This document shows positions 55,031 to 64,000 of a stretch of 64,000 nucleotides of DNA, piece by piece. This DNA comes from a virus, in the IMG/VR virus record IMGVR_UViG_3300025676_000013. One strand, 5' to 3'. Both the position numbers and the translations under genes were made by a program. Position 1 is the first letter of the stretch; each line of letters starts with the position of its first letter. The notes under the pieces were generated by a model. The model saw nothing but the letters and a program-made list of their open reading frames with translations. It was not told the DNA's origin and did not search any database.

Positions 55031-57340
55031 TCATACGTTCCTAAATTTGTCAAATTGGATAGAAGGTAACTTGTCTGTGTCGAAAGCCTCTTGAGAAGGT
55101 AGTTTAGATTTGGTATTGACGTTCTTTTTGTTAGTAAATTTGCCATAGGACTCTACTGCCTTATTGCCTTTACTACTGCCTACTTGCCCTTGTTGACATA
55201 CCCAAGAACCATTAGCGTTCTCGCAAACTTCCTTAGACTTAGCATTAGTGACATCAAAGGAACTACCACCACCAGAAGAGCCAGAATCAGCGGCTTGAGA
55301 GACCACCCATTTACCATTGTATTTGATACAGGCTGCCTTGCCAGGTAGATAAGGGTCAACCTTAGTCGCACCCCATTTGGCTAATACAACAACCTCTGCG
55401 GATTGATAGATATTATTGTCATCACCCATAACGTATTCTTTGCTTCCTGATTTCTCTGCGGCATCGACTTTGGCTAATAATTCGGGTGTATAGAAGGAAG
55501 GTTCTATTAACTTATATCCCTCAGGGAATCCTAGGTTTGTGAAGTCACAAGAGCCTACTTCCTTAGTGGAAGCCTTTGCGGCTTTTGGCTCACAGGTACA
55601 GGTTTCTACCTGAGACCAATCACCTGTCTTCATTGCTCGTTCTACTACTTCCATTGATTGATGATATTCACTGATATCACCACCGATATTAGATACTTGC
55701 TGTGCGAAATTAGCGGCTACAGAGGCACCCATTCCATAGTTGATATTGCCAGGTAACTCAGTTGGTAGCACGAAAGAGGCACTATTAAGCGGAAGAAATG
55801 GAGTAGGAGAGTTCGGGTCTGCGGATGATGCTGCCGCGGCTGCCGGTGCTGGACTAAATGGGGATGCTTTATCTCCTGCAAACTTAGAGGCTGCCGGTAA
55901 AGTATCTCGAACCTTTGTTGATACTACAGGAGCACCTGATACAGATTGTGATGCTGGACTACTTGGAGGTGGGTCACCTACTATAGAACTAAACGCATCA
56001 GAGAGAGTAACAGCAATCTTGCCCATTGCGGCTTCTATTGAACCTGCTACTTTGACTTCATTATCAGTCATTTCTTTCACGTTCCAGTCACCTTTAGTGG
56101 CCTCACACGCGGCTTTGTCTCTGTTTCTAATGGTGTCTGTACCACCTGTACACCATCCTACTTTGTGTAATTTTGCTACTGCGTTCTTCTTATATGCGGT
56201 TGCTTCATATGCCTTAGCCTTAGCGTTCTTAATGAATTCGTTTTTAGAACCACTGAATCGGGTCTTGCCTGCTAAAACTTCCTTTGTGAAGTCTGTAACA
56301 GCATCTTCAGGTACTGTCCATCCGACACCATTGACATACTCCATCTCTTCAGAGGAGTAGACTGCATCGACTAATTCTGTGCCTGTAGGGATACTTGCAG
56401 AAAGGGTAGAAAACGTCTGAAGTCCGCCTTGTGCTTGTTGCTTGAATTTGGGTAGTGATGGTAGTCCACCAGACACCTTACCTAAGAAATCACCTAATGG
56501 GATAATAGGATTGGTTGGACTCGCTGTAATACCAGTGACTTGTTGATACAATGTGACGATATCATCCATAACAGGTGTCGCAATATGCTTCAACATCTTA
56601 TGGTTATTGACCAAGGCACAAGGGTCACCTGTTGCCAACTTAGCGAATGCGGCCCATTGTGCTAGTTTGTTCAATGCGGCTTGCATTGCATCAAGGTCTT
56701 TTTGGATGAGTGCATTCAAAGAACCCATCATATCTTGACACATACCATTGAAATCAGCAACTAAATCTTGTACAACATCGGCAGATGCTAACATATTAGA
56801 TATTGCTTGTGGATTGGTGCTATCTATGATAATTCTATTCACTCGGCGTTGAATCTGTTTCAAGTCACCTAGTCCAAGAGCATCATCAATGACACCAGCA
56901 CCATCGAACAATGTGGCGAAGCCAGCAACACAATCAATCTCTGATTCGTAATTGCCTAGCAAGTCTGCTAGTTCTCGTCCTGCTTGTTGGATACCTGAAT
57001 TCTTAATATAGTCAGTAGCGGCTGCGGCTGCGGCATTCAATGCAAAATCACCACAGGTGGTGAATGAGTCAGAGAGGTCTTGAACCTCACTCAATGCTTG
57101 CCATAACTGAACACCATCTTGTCCGAATGCGGCTTGCAGGGCTACTGGGTCTACCTTATCTGTGATAAACAGACTATTGGCCGCAGTCTTCATCTTAAAC
57201 GCTGAAGTATGAGCAGGCGATTGTAACATATCCCCGACTTGACCTAACGCCTCGTTGATTCCGCCCCCAAAGGAAGTTGTACCAGTGGCAGACTTAATTG
57301 TATCTACTACACTTACACCACTTGTTGAAAAACTGACCAT
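55031..57340 (-). CDS. Uncharacterised 769-aa protein between gp5 and PAAR
   Basis: Helical Ala-rich N-half, Pro/Ser/Ala linker, Cys-containing C-terminal region with three C-x4-G-x-W motifs. Confidence 0.7.
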   Translation of the reverse strand: MVSFSTSGVSVVDTIKSATGTTSFGGGINEALGQVGDMLQSPAHTSAFKMKTAANSLFITDKVDPVALQAAFGQDGVQLWQALSEVQDLSDSFTTCGDFALNAAAAAATDYIKNSGIQQAGRELADLLGNYESEIDCVAGFATLFDGAGVIDDALGLGDLKQIQRRVNRIIIDSTNPQAISNMLASADVVQDLVADFNGMCQDMMGSLNALIQKDLDAMQAALNKLAQWAAFAKLATGDPCALVNNHKMLKHIATPVMDDIVTLYQQVTGITASPTNPIIPLGDFLGKVSGGLPSLPKFKQQAQGGLQTFSTLSASIPTGTELVDAVYSSEEMEYVNGVGWTVPEDAVTDFTKEVLAGKTRFSGSKNEFIKNAKAKAYEATAYKKNAVAKLHKVGWCTGGTDTIRNRDKAACEATKGDWNVKEMTDNEVKVAGSIEAAMGKIAVTLSDAFSSIVGDPPPSSPASQSVSGAPVVSTKVRDTLPAASKFAGDKASPFSPAPAAAAASSADPNSPTPFLPLNSASFVLPTELPGNINYGMGASVAANFAQQVSNIGGDISEYHQSMEVVERAMKTGDWSQVETCTCEPKAAKASTKEVGSCDFTNLGFPEGYKLIEPSFYTPELLAKVDAAEKSGSKEYVMGDDNNIYQSAEVVVLAKWGATKVDPYLPGKAACIKYNGKWVVSQAADSGSSGGGSSFDVTNAKSKEVCENANGSWVCQQGQVGSSKGNKAVESYGKFTNKKNVNTKSKLPSQEAFDTDKLPSIQFDKFRNV

Positions 57341-57350
57341 TTAATGCCCC

Positions 57351-58055
57351 TTACATAAACAATACTTGATTGATTCTATTATAATCACTGAACATACCAA
57401 GGTCTACATTTTGTCCGTGTAGAGTGTCCGCTTGATATAATACCATTCGATTATATGCCATTTTCGCTTCATATTCACAAGCATAGGGTCTTCCGCCGTC
57501 TACTTTTGATTTAACATAATCAAAATTTATATCTCCTACATTGGCGTCTTCTAGCCATTGAGGAGTGTAATCGTTCTCTATACTGAGATTACCCATATGA
57601 CTGTACATATTGGTACCACCAGCACATTCTTCTTCCGTATTTAAGTACACTACAGAACCGAATTGATATCCAGGTCCATCTTGCATCTTGAAATGGTCTT
57701 GATGAGGTATAATGCCAACAGGCGTTCTTAATAGTGTCTCATCGTTTAACACGTTAACCATAAACTCTTGATTGTCCCAATGCTCATTGAACCGTTTCTC
57801 TTCAAAGTGACCAAAGTATAATTTGCATAGTTGAAAATATACCTTATGCAGGGAATCTTTAACTTCGGCAGTCTCTACGACACCTCTTGCACCCGGCAAG
57901 TTGTGTATCAAATCAGCCTCTGTCCTATGGTCTATTGATAGGGCTAAATCTCTTATCTCATCAGGATTCTTGTAGAAATCATCAATCACAACAACCCTTC
58001 GCTCCTTACTAATCTGTACGACATTAATCTTCATCTTTGGATTTGGCTCAAACAT
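57351..58055 (-). CDS. 2OG-Fe(II) oxygenase (DUF6445-like)
   Basis: VIDDFYKNPDEIR, PHQD...VVYLN...GGT...YNRMVLY...LHG...R-x-N facial-triad pattern. Confidence 0.8.
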   Translation of the reverse strand: MFEPNPKMKINVVQISKERRVVVIDDFYKNPDEIRDLALSIDHRTEADLIHNLPGARGVVETAEVKDSLHKVYFQLCKLYFGHFEEKRFNEHWDNQEFMVNVLNDETLLRTPVGIIPHQDHFKMQDGPGYQFGSVVYLNTEEECAGGTNMYSHMGNLSIENDYTPQWLEDANVGDINFDYVKSKVDGGRPYACEYEAKMAYNRMVLYQADTLHGQNVDLGMFSDYNRINQVLFM

Positions 58056-58066
58056 TATATAATTTC

Positions 58067-59062
58067 CTATGGATTCAAGTGAATAATAGAGCCTTTGATT
58101 GTATGGACTCCAGCAGATTGGTCTAGTTTAGTGCCACCTGTTTGAATTTCTGTAGTACCACCGACATATACTTGCCATTTACCGTCAATCTCTGTAATAC
58201 AATCACCTTCAACGTGTGTCTTATAGTCTCCCTTTACTGATAAGTGAGCATCTCCCTCAACGGTTATGGACATATTACCACCAGCACCATCTACTGGATT
58301 TGGTTTAATGTGTATATACTCGTCTCCTAAGACAATCTGATAATTATCTTTCTGTACTTTAGTTACTTTTGTGCCATCCGCTCGTATCTCTTCAAATGTG
58401 CCTGACTTGTGCCACTTCATTAGTCGCTCGTTGTCTACTGTGTCATCCCATTCCTCTACGTGACCGCTTTCGCTTGCTCTAACGTGATTAAATGGGTAAC
58501 TGGCTTTGTAGGGGTTCTCAGGTTCATCCCAAGTGTCTGCTAGTGCTTTATAGACTTCTTTATCTTCTACACGACCACCAGCAGTATCAAGAGGAGTGGG
58601 TTTTGAAACAATCTCTTCTCCTTTTACAGGCTCTTTAAAGTCTACTCTTCCACGTCTATGTGTATCGGGTTCTTTTAAGTGCGTTTCTTTAGGATACACT
58701 AGATTAGGGTCATTGAATCCCACTTTGGCTACTGGTGCTTCCATAGGGAACCCACCGAATGTGCCCATTACAATAGGCTCTTGAGCGTTCTGCCCATCTC
58801 TGAAGAATCCTATAACCCACGTTCCTTCAACACAACCTAATGGAGTTGTTCCAACACCGTTCATTGCGGCTGAAGTAATTGGTTGCATTGGATGTGCCCA
58901 AGGCAAATCGGCTGTAGGTATACCTGTATCGATTGCTTGAACTGTTTTATCTGTGTGTAGTCCAGCGATACGTACCTTCATACGTCCTAATTTCATAGGG
59001 TCACGTCTGTCTTCTACGACACCCGTAAACCAAATAAATCCATCAAATCCCATAAACTGCAT
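58067..59062 (-). CDS. gp5: Baseplate central spike, T4 gp5-like, without lysozyme domain
   Basis: OB fold WFTGVVEDRRDPMKLGRMKVRI, LPWA, GTWVIGFFRDG; YPFNHVRASESGHVEEWDDT...HKSGTFEEI; short beta-helix. Confidence 0.92.
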   Translation of the reverse strand: MQFMGFDGFIWFTGVVEDRRDPMKLGRMKVRIAGLHTDKTVQAIDTGIPTADLPWAHPMQPITSAAMNGVGTTPLGCVEGTWVIGFFRDGQNAQEPIVMGTFGGFPMEAPVAKVGFNDPNLVYPKETHLKEPDTHRRGRVDFKEPVKGEEIVSKPTPLDTAGGRVEDKEVYKALADTWDEPENPYKASYPFNHVRASESGHVEEWDDTVDNERLMKWHKSGTFEEIRADGTKVTKVQKDNYQIVLGDEYIHIKPNPVDGAGGNMSITVEGDAHLSVKGDYKTHVEGDCITEIDGKWQVYVGGTTEIQTGGTKLDQSAGVHTIKGSIIHLNP

Positions 59063-59066
59063 AATA

Positions 59067-60392
59067 TTAACCCCTCGCTGGTATTGTTATCTCTGGGTCT
59101 GTAAAGAACCCGTCTTTCATACATTCAAGAGTCATTGTGTACTCGTGATTATTAATCTTGTGATGTATGGCTGTGATTAGCCACTTACCAGTTGAATACT
59201 GGTCTTCTTCTTCAGTGACAGTTTCATCCCTTATACTAGAGGCAATCTTTAGTGTAATAACATCACCTGCAAATATGTTCGTGTCTCCTGCCATACTGAA
59301 TTTAACAATGTTTGTTCGTAGTTGGGACATCTTCATATCGTGCAGAGGATAGTGGCTCTTCTCGCCCTTATCGTGTATTTGATACAAATAATTGTCACTC
59401 ATAAGTCCTGTGTGTTGGTCTACGTTGAAATCTTTAAATGGTTTGCCTGGAGTACCGTTCAGACCAATACCCTCTGCTAGAACCTTATCTTTTTCCCCAT
59501 CATACTCTACTTCATATTTAGTTAGTTTCTTTTCGAGGATGTTATGTGTCAATATGGAACTACCGTAGTGTCCGTTGATTTGACTGTTAGGGATATTGAA
59601 TCGTTGTGTTTCGCTATAGTCTTCCATAATAGCGTCATTGACATTTATCTCGCTATCACCACTCTGAGAAGATTTTAGTGGGTTATCTTTCAGTATCATT
59701 TCCCTCTTAGACTTACCCTTTAGCAACTCATCAAGCGTAACGAATTTGAATCCCTCGTTGTTCTCAAAGAATAGATAGTTGGATTCGCCCTCAGCGGATA
59801 CAGAGTTCTTAGCAAGAAAATTGATTAGATGAAATGGATTCCAATTAGGTACGACTATCTCTTTAGGATGTTTCGATGGAGTTATTTTACACGTAGTCCA
59901 TTCCTTTGCATCACCACCTAGTGTGCCGAACATAAGAACCTTGTCGCTTACATATTGTACTATATCAGAAGCAGTCGATTTTGTAAATGACCTACTGATT
60001 TTCTTCTTATTGTTAGCGATAACATATGGCGATACAATGCCTATCTGATAGGCAGTATGTTTCTCAGTGCGTTGACCCGCTGTTACGTAACTAACCGCAA
60101 ATTCTTTTTCTAGGTTAGCAGTCTTTCCCAACGCATCAGTGGACATAGATGTGTCTATCTCAAAGTGGACTTTCTCTTCACCACTACCAATAATACCATT
60201 TGCTTCTACAAATCCAACACCATCGTGGATTTGTATGATACCGTGCATTGCATTAGTGAATATGGACTCATAGATAGACAGTTGGTCTATAATACCAGCC
60301 AATTCTGTACTGTCTCCCATTATGCTAGTGAACTTACAGTTCCATTCAGATGTTGCTTTCGGATTAAGTGTATTAAACTTCTTCTCTGCCAT
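59067..60392 (-). CDS. Baseplate hub protein (gp27/GpD-like)
   Basis: IYESIFTNAMHG, VVPNWNPFHLINFLA, YLFFEN, AGDVITL...TGKWLITAIHH; between gp53 and gp5. Confidence 0.6.
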   Translation of the reverse strand: MAEKKFNTLNPKATSEWNCKFTSIMGDSTELAGIIDQLSIYESIFTNAMHGIIQIHDGVGFVEANGIIGSGEEKVHFEIDTSMSTDALGKTANLEKEFAVSYVTAGQRTEKHTAYQIGIVSPYVIANNKKKISRSFTKSTASDIVQYVSDKVLMFGTLGGDAKEWTTCKITPSKHPKEIVVPNWNPFHLINFLAKNSVSAEGESNYLFFENNEGFKFVTLDELLKGKSKREMILKDNPLKSSQSGDSEINVNDAIMEDYSETQRFNIPNSQINGHYGSSILTHNILEKKLTKYEVEYDGEKDKVLAEGIGLNGTPGKPFKDFNVDQHTGLMSDNYLYQIHDKGEKSHYPLHDMKMSQLRTNIVKFSMAGDTNIFAGDVITLKIASSIRDETVTEEEDQYSTGKWLITAIHHKINNHEYTMTLECMKDGFFTDPEITIPARG

Positions 60393-60398
60393 AATATA

Positions 60399-60902
60399 TT
60401 ATTCCTGTACTTGAGGTTTAGTGTTTCTCATCCAACTCTTAAATTCCTCTACAACCTTTGGAATGTGTTCTGGTTTGAGAAGCATTATACTCCTTAGTTT
60501 ATCGTTTTTATAAATTTCCCAGTCTAAATTAGTAATTGGTACTCTATCGTTCTCAGGACTGTCAGTGGGATACTGTACGTAATTTTGGTCTTCATAGTGA
60601 TGAATATCATACCTATTGGCATATGCTAAATCAGTATATCGATATACCTCGTGTTCACGTTTAACCCAATCATAGAATGGGTCAATGACTTTGTTGATTG
60701 TGCATACAACCCACCACAAATCTTGGTCACCATACACGTCCTCTGCTACCTTCTCAGGAGTCATTTCTTCTGAAATTCGTATCTCATAGTACATTGCTTG
60801 GAATTTTGATACTTCCTTGAGCATATCAATTCTATGAGTAATGTCTGCTATAGTAACTCCATTATACTGTAACTTAGGGAGCATATGTGTATATTTTGAC
60901 AT
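60399..60902 (-). CDS. gp53: Baseplate wedge protein, T4 gp53-like
   Basis: TPEKVAEDVYGDQDLWWVVCTINKVIDPFYDW, IHHYE, NDKLRSIMLLKP. Confidence 0.9.
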   Translation of the reverse strand: MSKYTHMLPKLQYNGVTIADITHRIDMLKEVSKFQAMYYEIRISEEMTPEKVAEDVYGDQDLWWVVCTINKVIDPFYDWVKREHEVYRYTDLAYANRYDIHHYEDQNYVQYPTDSPENDRVPITNLDWEIYKNDKLRSIMLLKPEHIPKVVEEFKSWMRNTKPQVQE

Positions 60903-61852
60903 TAGTAACCTCCCTCTATTTCTTCGTGTGTCACTATTGAATTTTCTTTTATGTTGAGTGTCAGTTGTGTTTCAACAGGTGCACCATCTTCATAAGCATT
61001 CCACGTTCCTGTTGGAGTATAATTCACTTCAACACTCAATATGAACGAATCTTTAATTTTAAATAAGAAAGGATTAATATCATCCTTATACCAGAATTCA
61101 ACTGCGACAGTAGGGGGTATTGATAGCCTGCCCATCTTTCTGAATATTTCTTTATTATCACCACTTGCCTTCTGGAGAGAGTCTTTCTTAGCCTTAGCCT
61201 TAGCGGCTGCCTCCTCTGTAGTGTCTTTACCACCCCAAAACCCTGCAACGGCTGGACTTGCGTATGCTTTCAATACGTTTACAATTTCAGTGATAGCCGT
61301 TTGCTCGTCTTCATTTTTTGGCGTCATTCTCCAAGATAATGTGTGGCTACGTAATGTAGCACCATCGTACACTAATCCTTGATTCTGATTGATTACAGAA
61401 GCGTGACTCATCTTAGCGGAAGCGTTCATTGAAACACCTAAGTTTTCAACAACATTGACTACTTCTTTTCCTGCTTGAGCACCTGTGGCTTTAGCAGTAC
61501 CAAGTGCGGCTTCAAGTGCGCCAACGACACCATCACCAGAGCCAATTGCTCTATTGACCATCATATCTCCTGCTTCAGAGAAGTTCTGATTATATCCAGT
61601 TCCAAGTGTCAGTGGCATTGGCAACCAAATGTCTGCTAGATGATATCCTGCCAATGAGTGATTTTGTCCCTTAACTCCTGCAGTAACCCCTTTTGGGGCC
61701 CAAGAACTCACTGTGATTTTTGTCCAGAAGTTGCCAGCACTAATAGGTTCTAAAGGGAATTTAAATGGGACTGCGCCTTGGGGCCGTTTTGTGGATGGCG
61801 AGAGAACTGCTTCTGGTCCCATTGCTCCTCCACTCAAACCATTTATTTCCAT
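60902..61852 (-). CDS. gp48: Baseplate tail-tube cap, T4 gp48-like
   Basis: IWLPMP, YDGATLRSHTLSWRMTPKNEDEQ, SVEVNYTP, LTLNIKE; adjacent to gp53. Confidence 0.78.
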   Translation of the reverse strand: MEINGLSGGAMGPEAVLSPSTKRPQGAVPFKFPLEPISAGNFWTKITVSSWAPKGVTAGVKGQNHSLAGYHLADIWLPMPLTLGTGYNQNFSEAGDMMVNRAIGSGDGVVGALEAALGTAKATGAQAGKEVVNVVENLGVSMNASAKMSHASVINQNQGLVYDGATLRSHTLSWRMTPKNEDEQTAITEIVNVLKAYASPAVAGFWGGKDTTEEAAAKAKAKKDSLQKASGDNKEIFRKMGRLSIPPTVAVEFWYKDDINPFLFKIKDSFILSVEVNYTPTGTWNAYEDGAPVETQLTLNIKENSIVTHEEIEGGY

Positions 61853-61911
61853 AATTCATACTCCATCTTTAAATTCATTGTCGATTTCCTCTAGAAAGAT
61901 ACTCTTTGAAC

Positions 61912-61925
61912 TATTTATATAAATA
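61912..61925. promoter_or_regulatory. Overlapping divergent late promoters (palindrome TATTTATATAAATA)
   Basis: TATAAATA on minus (61912-61919) and on plus (61918-61925). Confidence 0.85.
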
Positions 61926-61931
61926 ATAGTA

Positions 61932-62372
61932 ATGGCACATAAAGGTAAGTACAAAGTTAAGAATCGCTCAAAGTACGTTGGTGCAGTTGATAACGTAGTA
62001 TATCGGTCATCGTGGGAAAGACGATTTATGGTATACGCTGATACGAGCAAGAAGGTAATTAAGTGGAATAGCGAAGAACTCGTAATTCCATACGTAAGCC
62101 CAGTTGATGGTAAAGTTCATAGGTACTTCCCAGACTTTTGGATTCAATCATTAAGTGAAGATGGAAAGATAAGTAATATAATAATAGAAGTTAAACCAAA
62201 GGGACAGTGTCAAGCACCTAAGATGGGCAAGACAGCGAAAAGCAAGTACAGGTACTTGAGAGAGTTAAAAACGTGGAAAGTAAATGAAGCAAAGTGGGAT
62301 AAGGCTAGAGAATTTTGTGAAGACAGAAAATGGGAATTTAAAATACTCACTGAGGACCATCTGGTAAGGTAA
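61932..62372 (+). CDS. gp4: Head completion protein, T4 gp4-like (TnsA-type nuclease fold)
   Basis: KGKYKVKNRSKY, YRSSWERRFM, WNSEELVIPY, HRYFPDF, IEVKP, NEAKW...EFKILTE. Confidence 0.93.
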   Translation: MAHKGKYKVKNRSKYVGAVDNVVYRSSWERRFMVYADTSKKVIKWNSEELVIPYVSPVDGKVHRYFPDFWIQSLSEDGKISNIIIEVKPKGQCQAPKMGKTAKSKYRYLRELKTWKVNEAKWDKAREFCEDRKWEFKILTEDHLVR

Positions 62373-62373
62373 T

Positions 62374-63066
62374 ATGGCAATAGCAGTCGCAAAGAAACTA
62401 ATTCAAATCGCTGTAGGGACTGAGAAGGTCGCTAGTGATGGGCAGAAATATCGTTATCTCGGTAAGCAATGGGGTAAGATAAATCCTAAGTCTGGTAAGA
62501 CAAGTCAGATGGCTCGTAAGGCAATTGGTGCAGAGTTAAACACATTAGCACAAACTCCTAAACGAGGCTCTAAGGCAACTAAGGCTAAGAGGAGTGCCGC
62601 TTGGTTTAAGACTAAAGTTGGTGAATCCGCTAAGGGTATGAAGAAACGTGCAGTTCTCAAGCCAGGACGAATGTTCACATTCGGATATGATGCAAAACAT
62701 AAGAAAACACTACCATACTGGGATAGATTCCCTCTCATTGTAGTATTAGATGTATATAAGGATGGCTTCATAGGACTCAATTTTCACTATCTATCTCCTG
62801 TAGAACGTGCGAAATTTCTATCTAAAATAATGAAATTTGCTAGTGAAAAGGGCGATACAGATAGTATGTCTGATAAGGCTCATTTTAAATTGAGTTGGGA
62901 TGCTGTGAGAAACATTAACGGGGCCGAGAAGATGATACATAAATACTTATATGGGCACGTAAAGACAAGTCTTTTAGAGGCACCAGCGAATGAATGGGAA
63001 AATGTTATATATCTCCCATATCAGAAATTTGTTGGCGCTTCTGCTAAATCAGTTTGGGGCAAATAA
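62374..63066 (+). CDS. gp2: DNA end protector, T4 gp2-like
   Basis: PGRMFTFGYDAKHKKTLPYWDRFPL, GLNFHYL, YLPYQKF...SVW. Confidence 0.9.
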   Translation: MAIAVAKKLIQIAVGTEKVASDGQKYRYLGKQWGKINPKSGKTSQMARKAIGAELNTLAQTPKRGSKATKAKRSAAWFKTKVGESAKGMKKRAVLKPGRMFTFGYDAKHKKTLPYWDRFPLIVVLDVYKDGFIGLNFHYLSPVERAKFLSKIMKFASEKGDTDSMSDKAHFKLSWDAVRNINGAEKMIHKYLYGHVKTSLLEAPANEWENVIYLPYQKFVGASAKSVWGK

Positions 63067-63684
63067 ATGAACGTAAAAGAATTTAATCAGCAAATGAAAG
63101 AACGTGGCGACTATGCCCGAACGAATTTATATTCTGTACAGATAACCAAGCCAGCGGGTGTGGCTTTCTACCACGGAACAGAGAAATCAATCACTACAAA
63201 CGACTTGGCGTATCGTGCGAAAAGTGTGACTCTACCTGGTAAGTCTCTAGGTACTATTGAGGCAAGACGATTCGGACCAGTATTTAAAGTTGCAAATGAT
63301 TTGATTGTAGACACGGTAGCAATTTCCTTTGTATGTAGTCCTAATCATCTAGAACACAGGTTCTTTGAGGGATGGATTTCTGCTATTATGGGTCGTGTAA
63401 AAGAGACAGATAGACAAAAGTACACCCTATCATATTACGATACTTATGTTGGAGCAGTTGATATTATACCTTTAAACAGACAAGGCCAGGAAGATACGGT
63501 ACACGTAACATTAGAAGAAGCATATCCGACTAACGTGGGACCAATAGAATTCGCTTGGGGAGAAAGTTCTGAAGTTGCTTCCTTCAATGTAACATTTTCC
63601 TTCAGAGACTATGTATGGTCTGGCAAGACTGAAGATACTTGGCTAAAAGCAGGCAATTCTAAACTTCTGCAAGACGCCACCTAA
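63067..63684 (+). CDS. Tail tube initiator (gp54/gp19-like)
   Basis: ARTNLYSV, TLPGKSL, TVAISF, LEEAYPTNVGPIEFAW, FNVTFSFR. Confidence 0.7.
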   Translation: MNVKEFNQQMKERGDYARTNLYSVQITKPAGVAFYHGTEKSITTNDLAYRAKSVTLPGKSLGTIEARRFGPVFKVANDLIVDTVAISFVCSPNHLEHRFFEGWISAIMGRVKETDRQKYTLSYYDTYVGAVDIIPLNRQGQEDTVHVTLEEAYPTNVGPIEFAWGESSEVASFNVTFSFRDYVWSGKTEDTWLKAGNSKLLQDAT

Positions 63685-63712
63685 ATTTAATTAATATTAT
63701 GGAGTGATAATT

Positions 63713-64000
63713 ATGGCTTTACCTAAAATCGAAACACCGATTTACAAATTGAAATTACCGTCTACTGGAGACAGTGTAACATATAGACCATTTCTTGTGA
63801 AAGAAGAGAAAATTCTTTTGACAGCAATGGAGACAGCAAAAGAACTAAAGGGATTAGACTTTGCTAATGCAGTAAGGGATGTGATTGTAAGGGTTATCTC
63901 TAATTGTACAGATGGAAAGATTGATGGTGCTAAACTACCACCATTTGATGTAGACTTTCTGTTTTTGAACATTAGGGCAAAGAGTAGGGGAGATACTATT
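63713..64000 (+). CDS. gp26: Baseplate hub assembly protein, T4 gp26-like (truncated by window end)
   Basis: ATG at 63713 after GGAG: MALPKIETPIYKLKLPSTGDSVTYRPFLVKEEKILL...FDVDFLFLNIRAKSRG. Confidence 0.88.
   Translation, partial: MALPKIETPIYKLKLPSTGDSVTYRPFLVKEEKILLTAMETAKELKGLDFANAVRDVIVRVISNCTDGKIDGAKLPPFDVDFLFLNIRAKSRGDTI

Noticed and set aside
54811-55146. 111-aa ORF overlapping the 769-aa gene by 116 nt
   Set aside because: An in-frame ATG at 55029 directly follows the upstream stop, so the overlap is most likely an over-extended ORF call.
55740-56360. 206-aa plus-strand ORF
   Set aside because: Antisense to the 769-aa gene; Ala/Ser-rich mirror composition.
61932-62372. TnsA-like nuclease as a sign of a transposon or homing endonuclease
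   Set aside because: Sequence and position match the standard gp4 head-completion gene.

Overview
This window is the virion morphogenesis region of a T4-like myovirus with marine cyanophage/pelagiphage-type gene content; the host cannot be determined. Almost everything is on the minus strand. In transcription order it runs gp48-gp53-hub-gp5-(accessory)-PAAR-gp25-gp6-gp7-gp8-[about 29 kb accessory block]-gp13-gp14-gp15-gp16-gp17-gp18-gp19-gp20-core proteins-gp21-gp22-gp23-gp3. A short divergent plus-strand unit (gp4, gp2, gp54-like, truncated gp26) closes the window. T4-type late promoters (TATAAATA) precede most structural units, and two perfect sigma70 promoters are present. Four things stand out. 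(1) gp7 is 2423 aa and carries an intact-looking glucose/sorbosone (PQQ-type) dehydrogenase beta-propeller plus about ten copies of a His-x-His-rich module. The same module occurs in two giant neighbouring proteins that also carry cupredoxin folds, which suggests a metal-binding and possibly redox-active virion. (2) A 19-aa C-x10-C-x6-W micro-module is inserted into core virion proteins (gp13, gp18, a variant in gp8) and into accessory proteins. (3) A sigma70-driven cassette encodes a GT9-like transferase, two carbamoyltransferases and HldD, converging on HldE plus a cupin: a candidate carbamoyl-heptose modification pathway. (4) Tandem Cys-rich protein/chaperone pairs and the tandem carbamoyltransferases each share perfect 38-41 bp 5' repeats. 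All annotation is by motif recognition and synteny; no database search was run.
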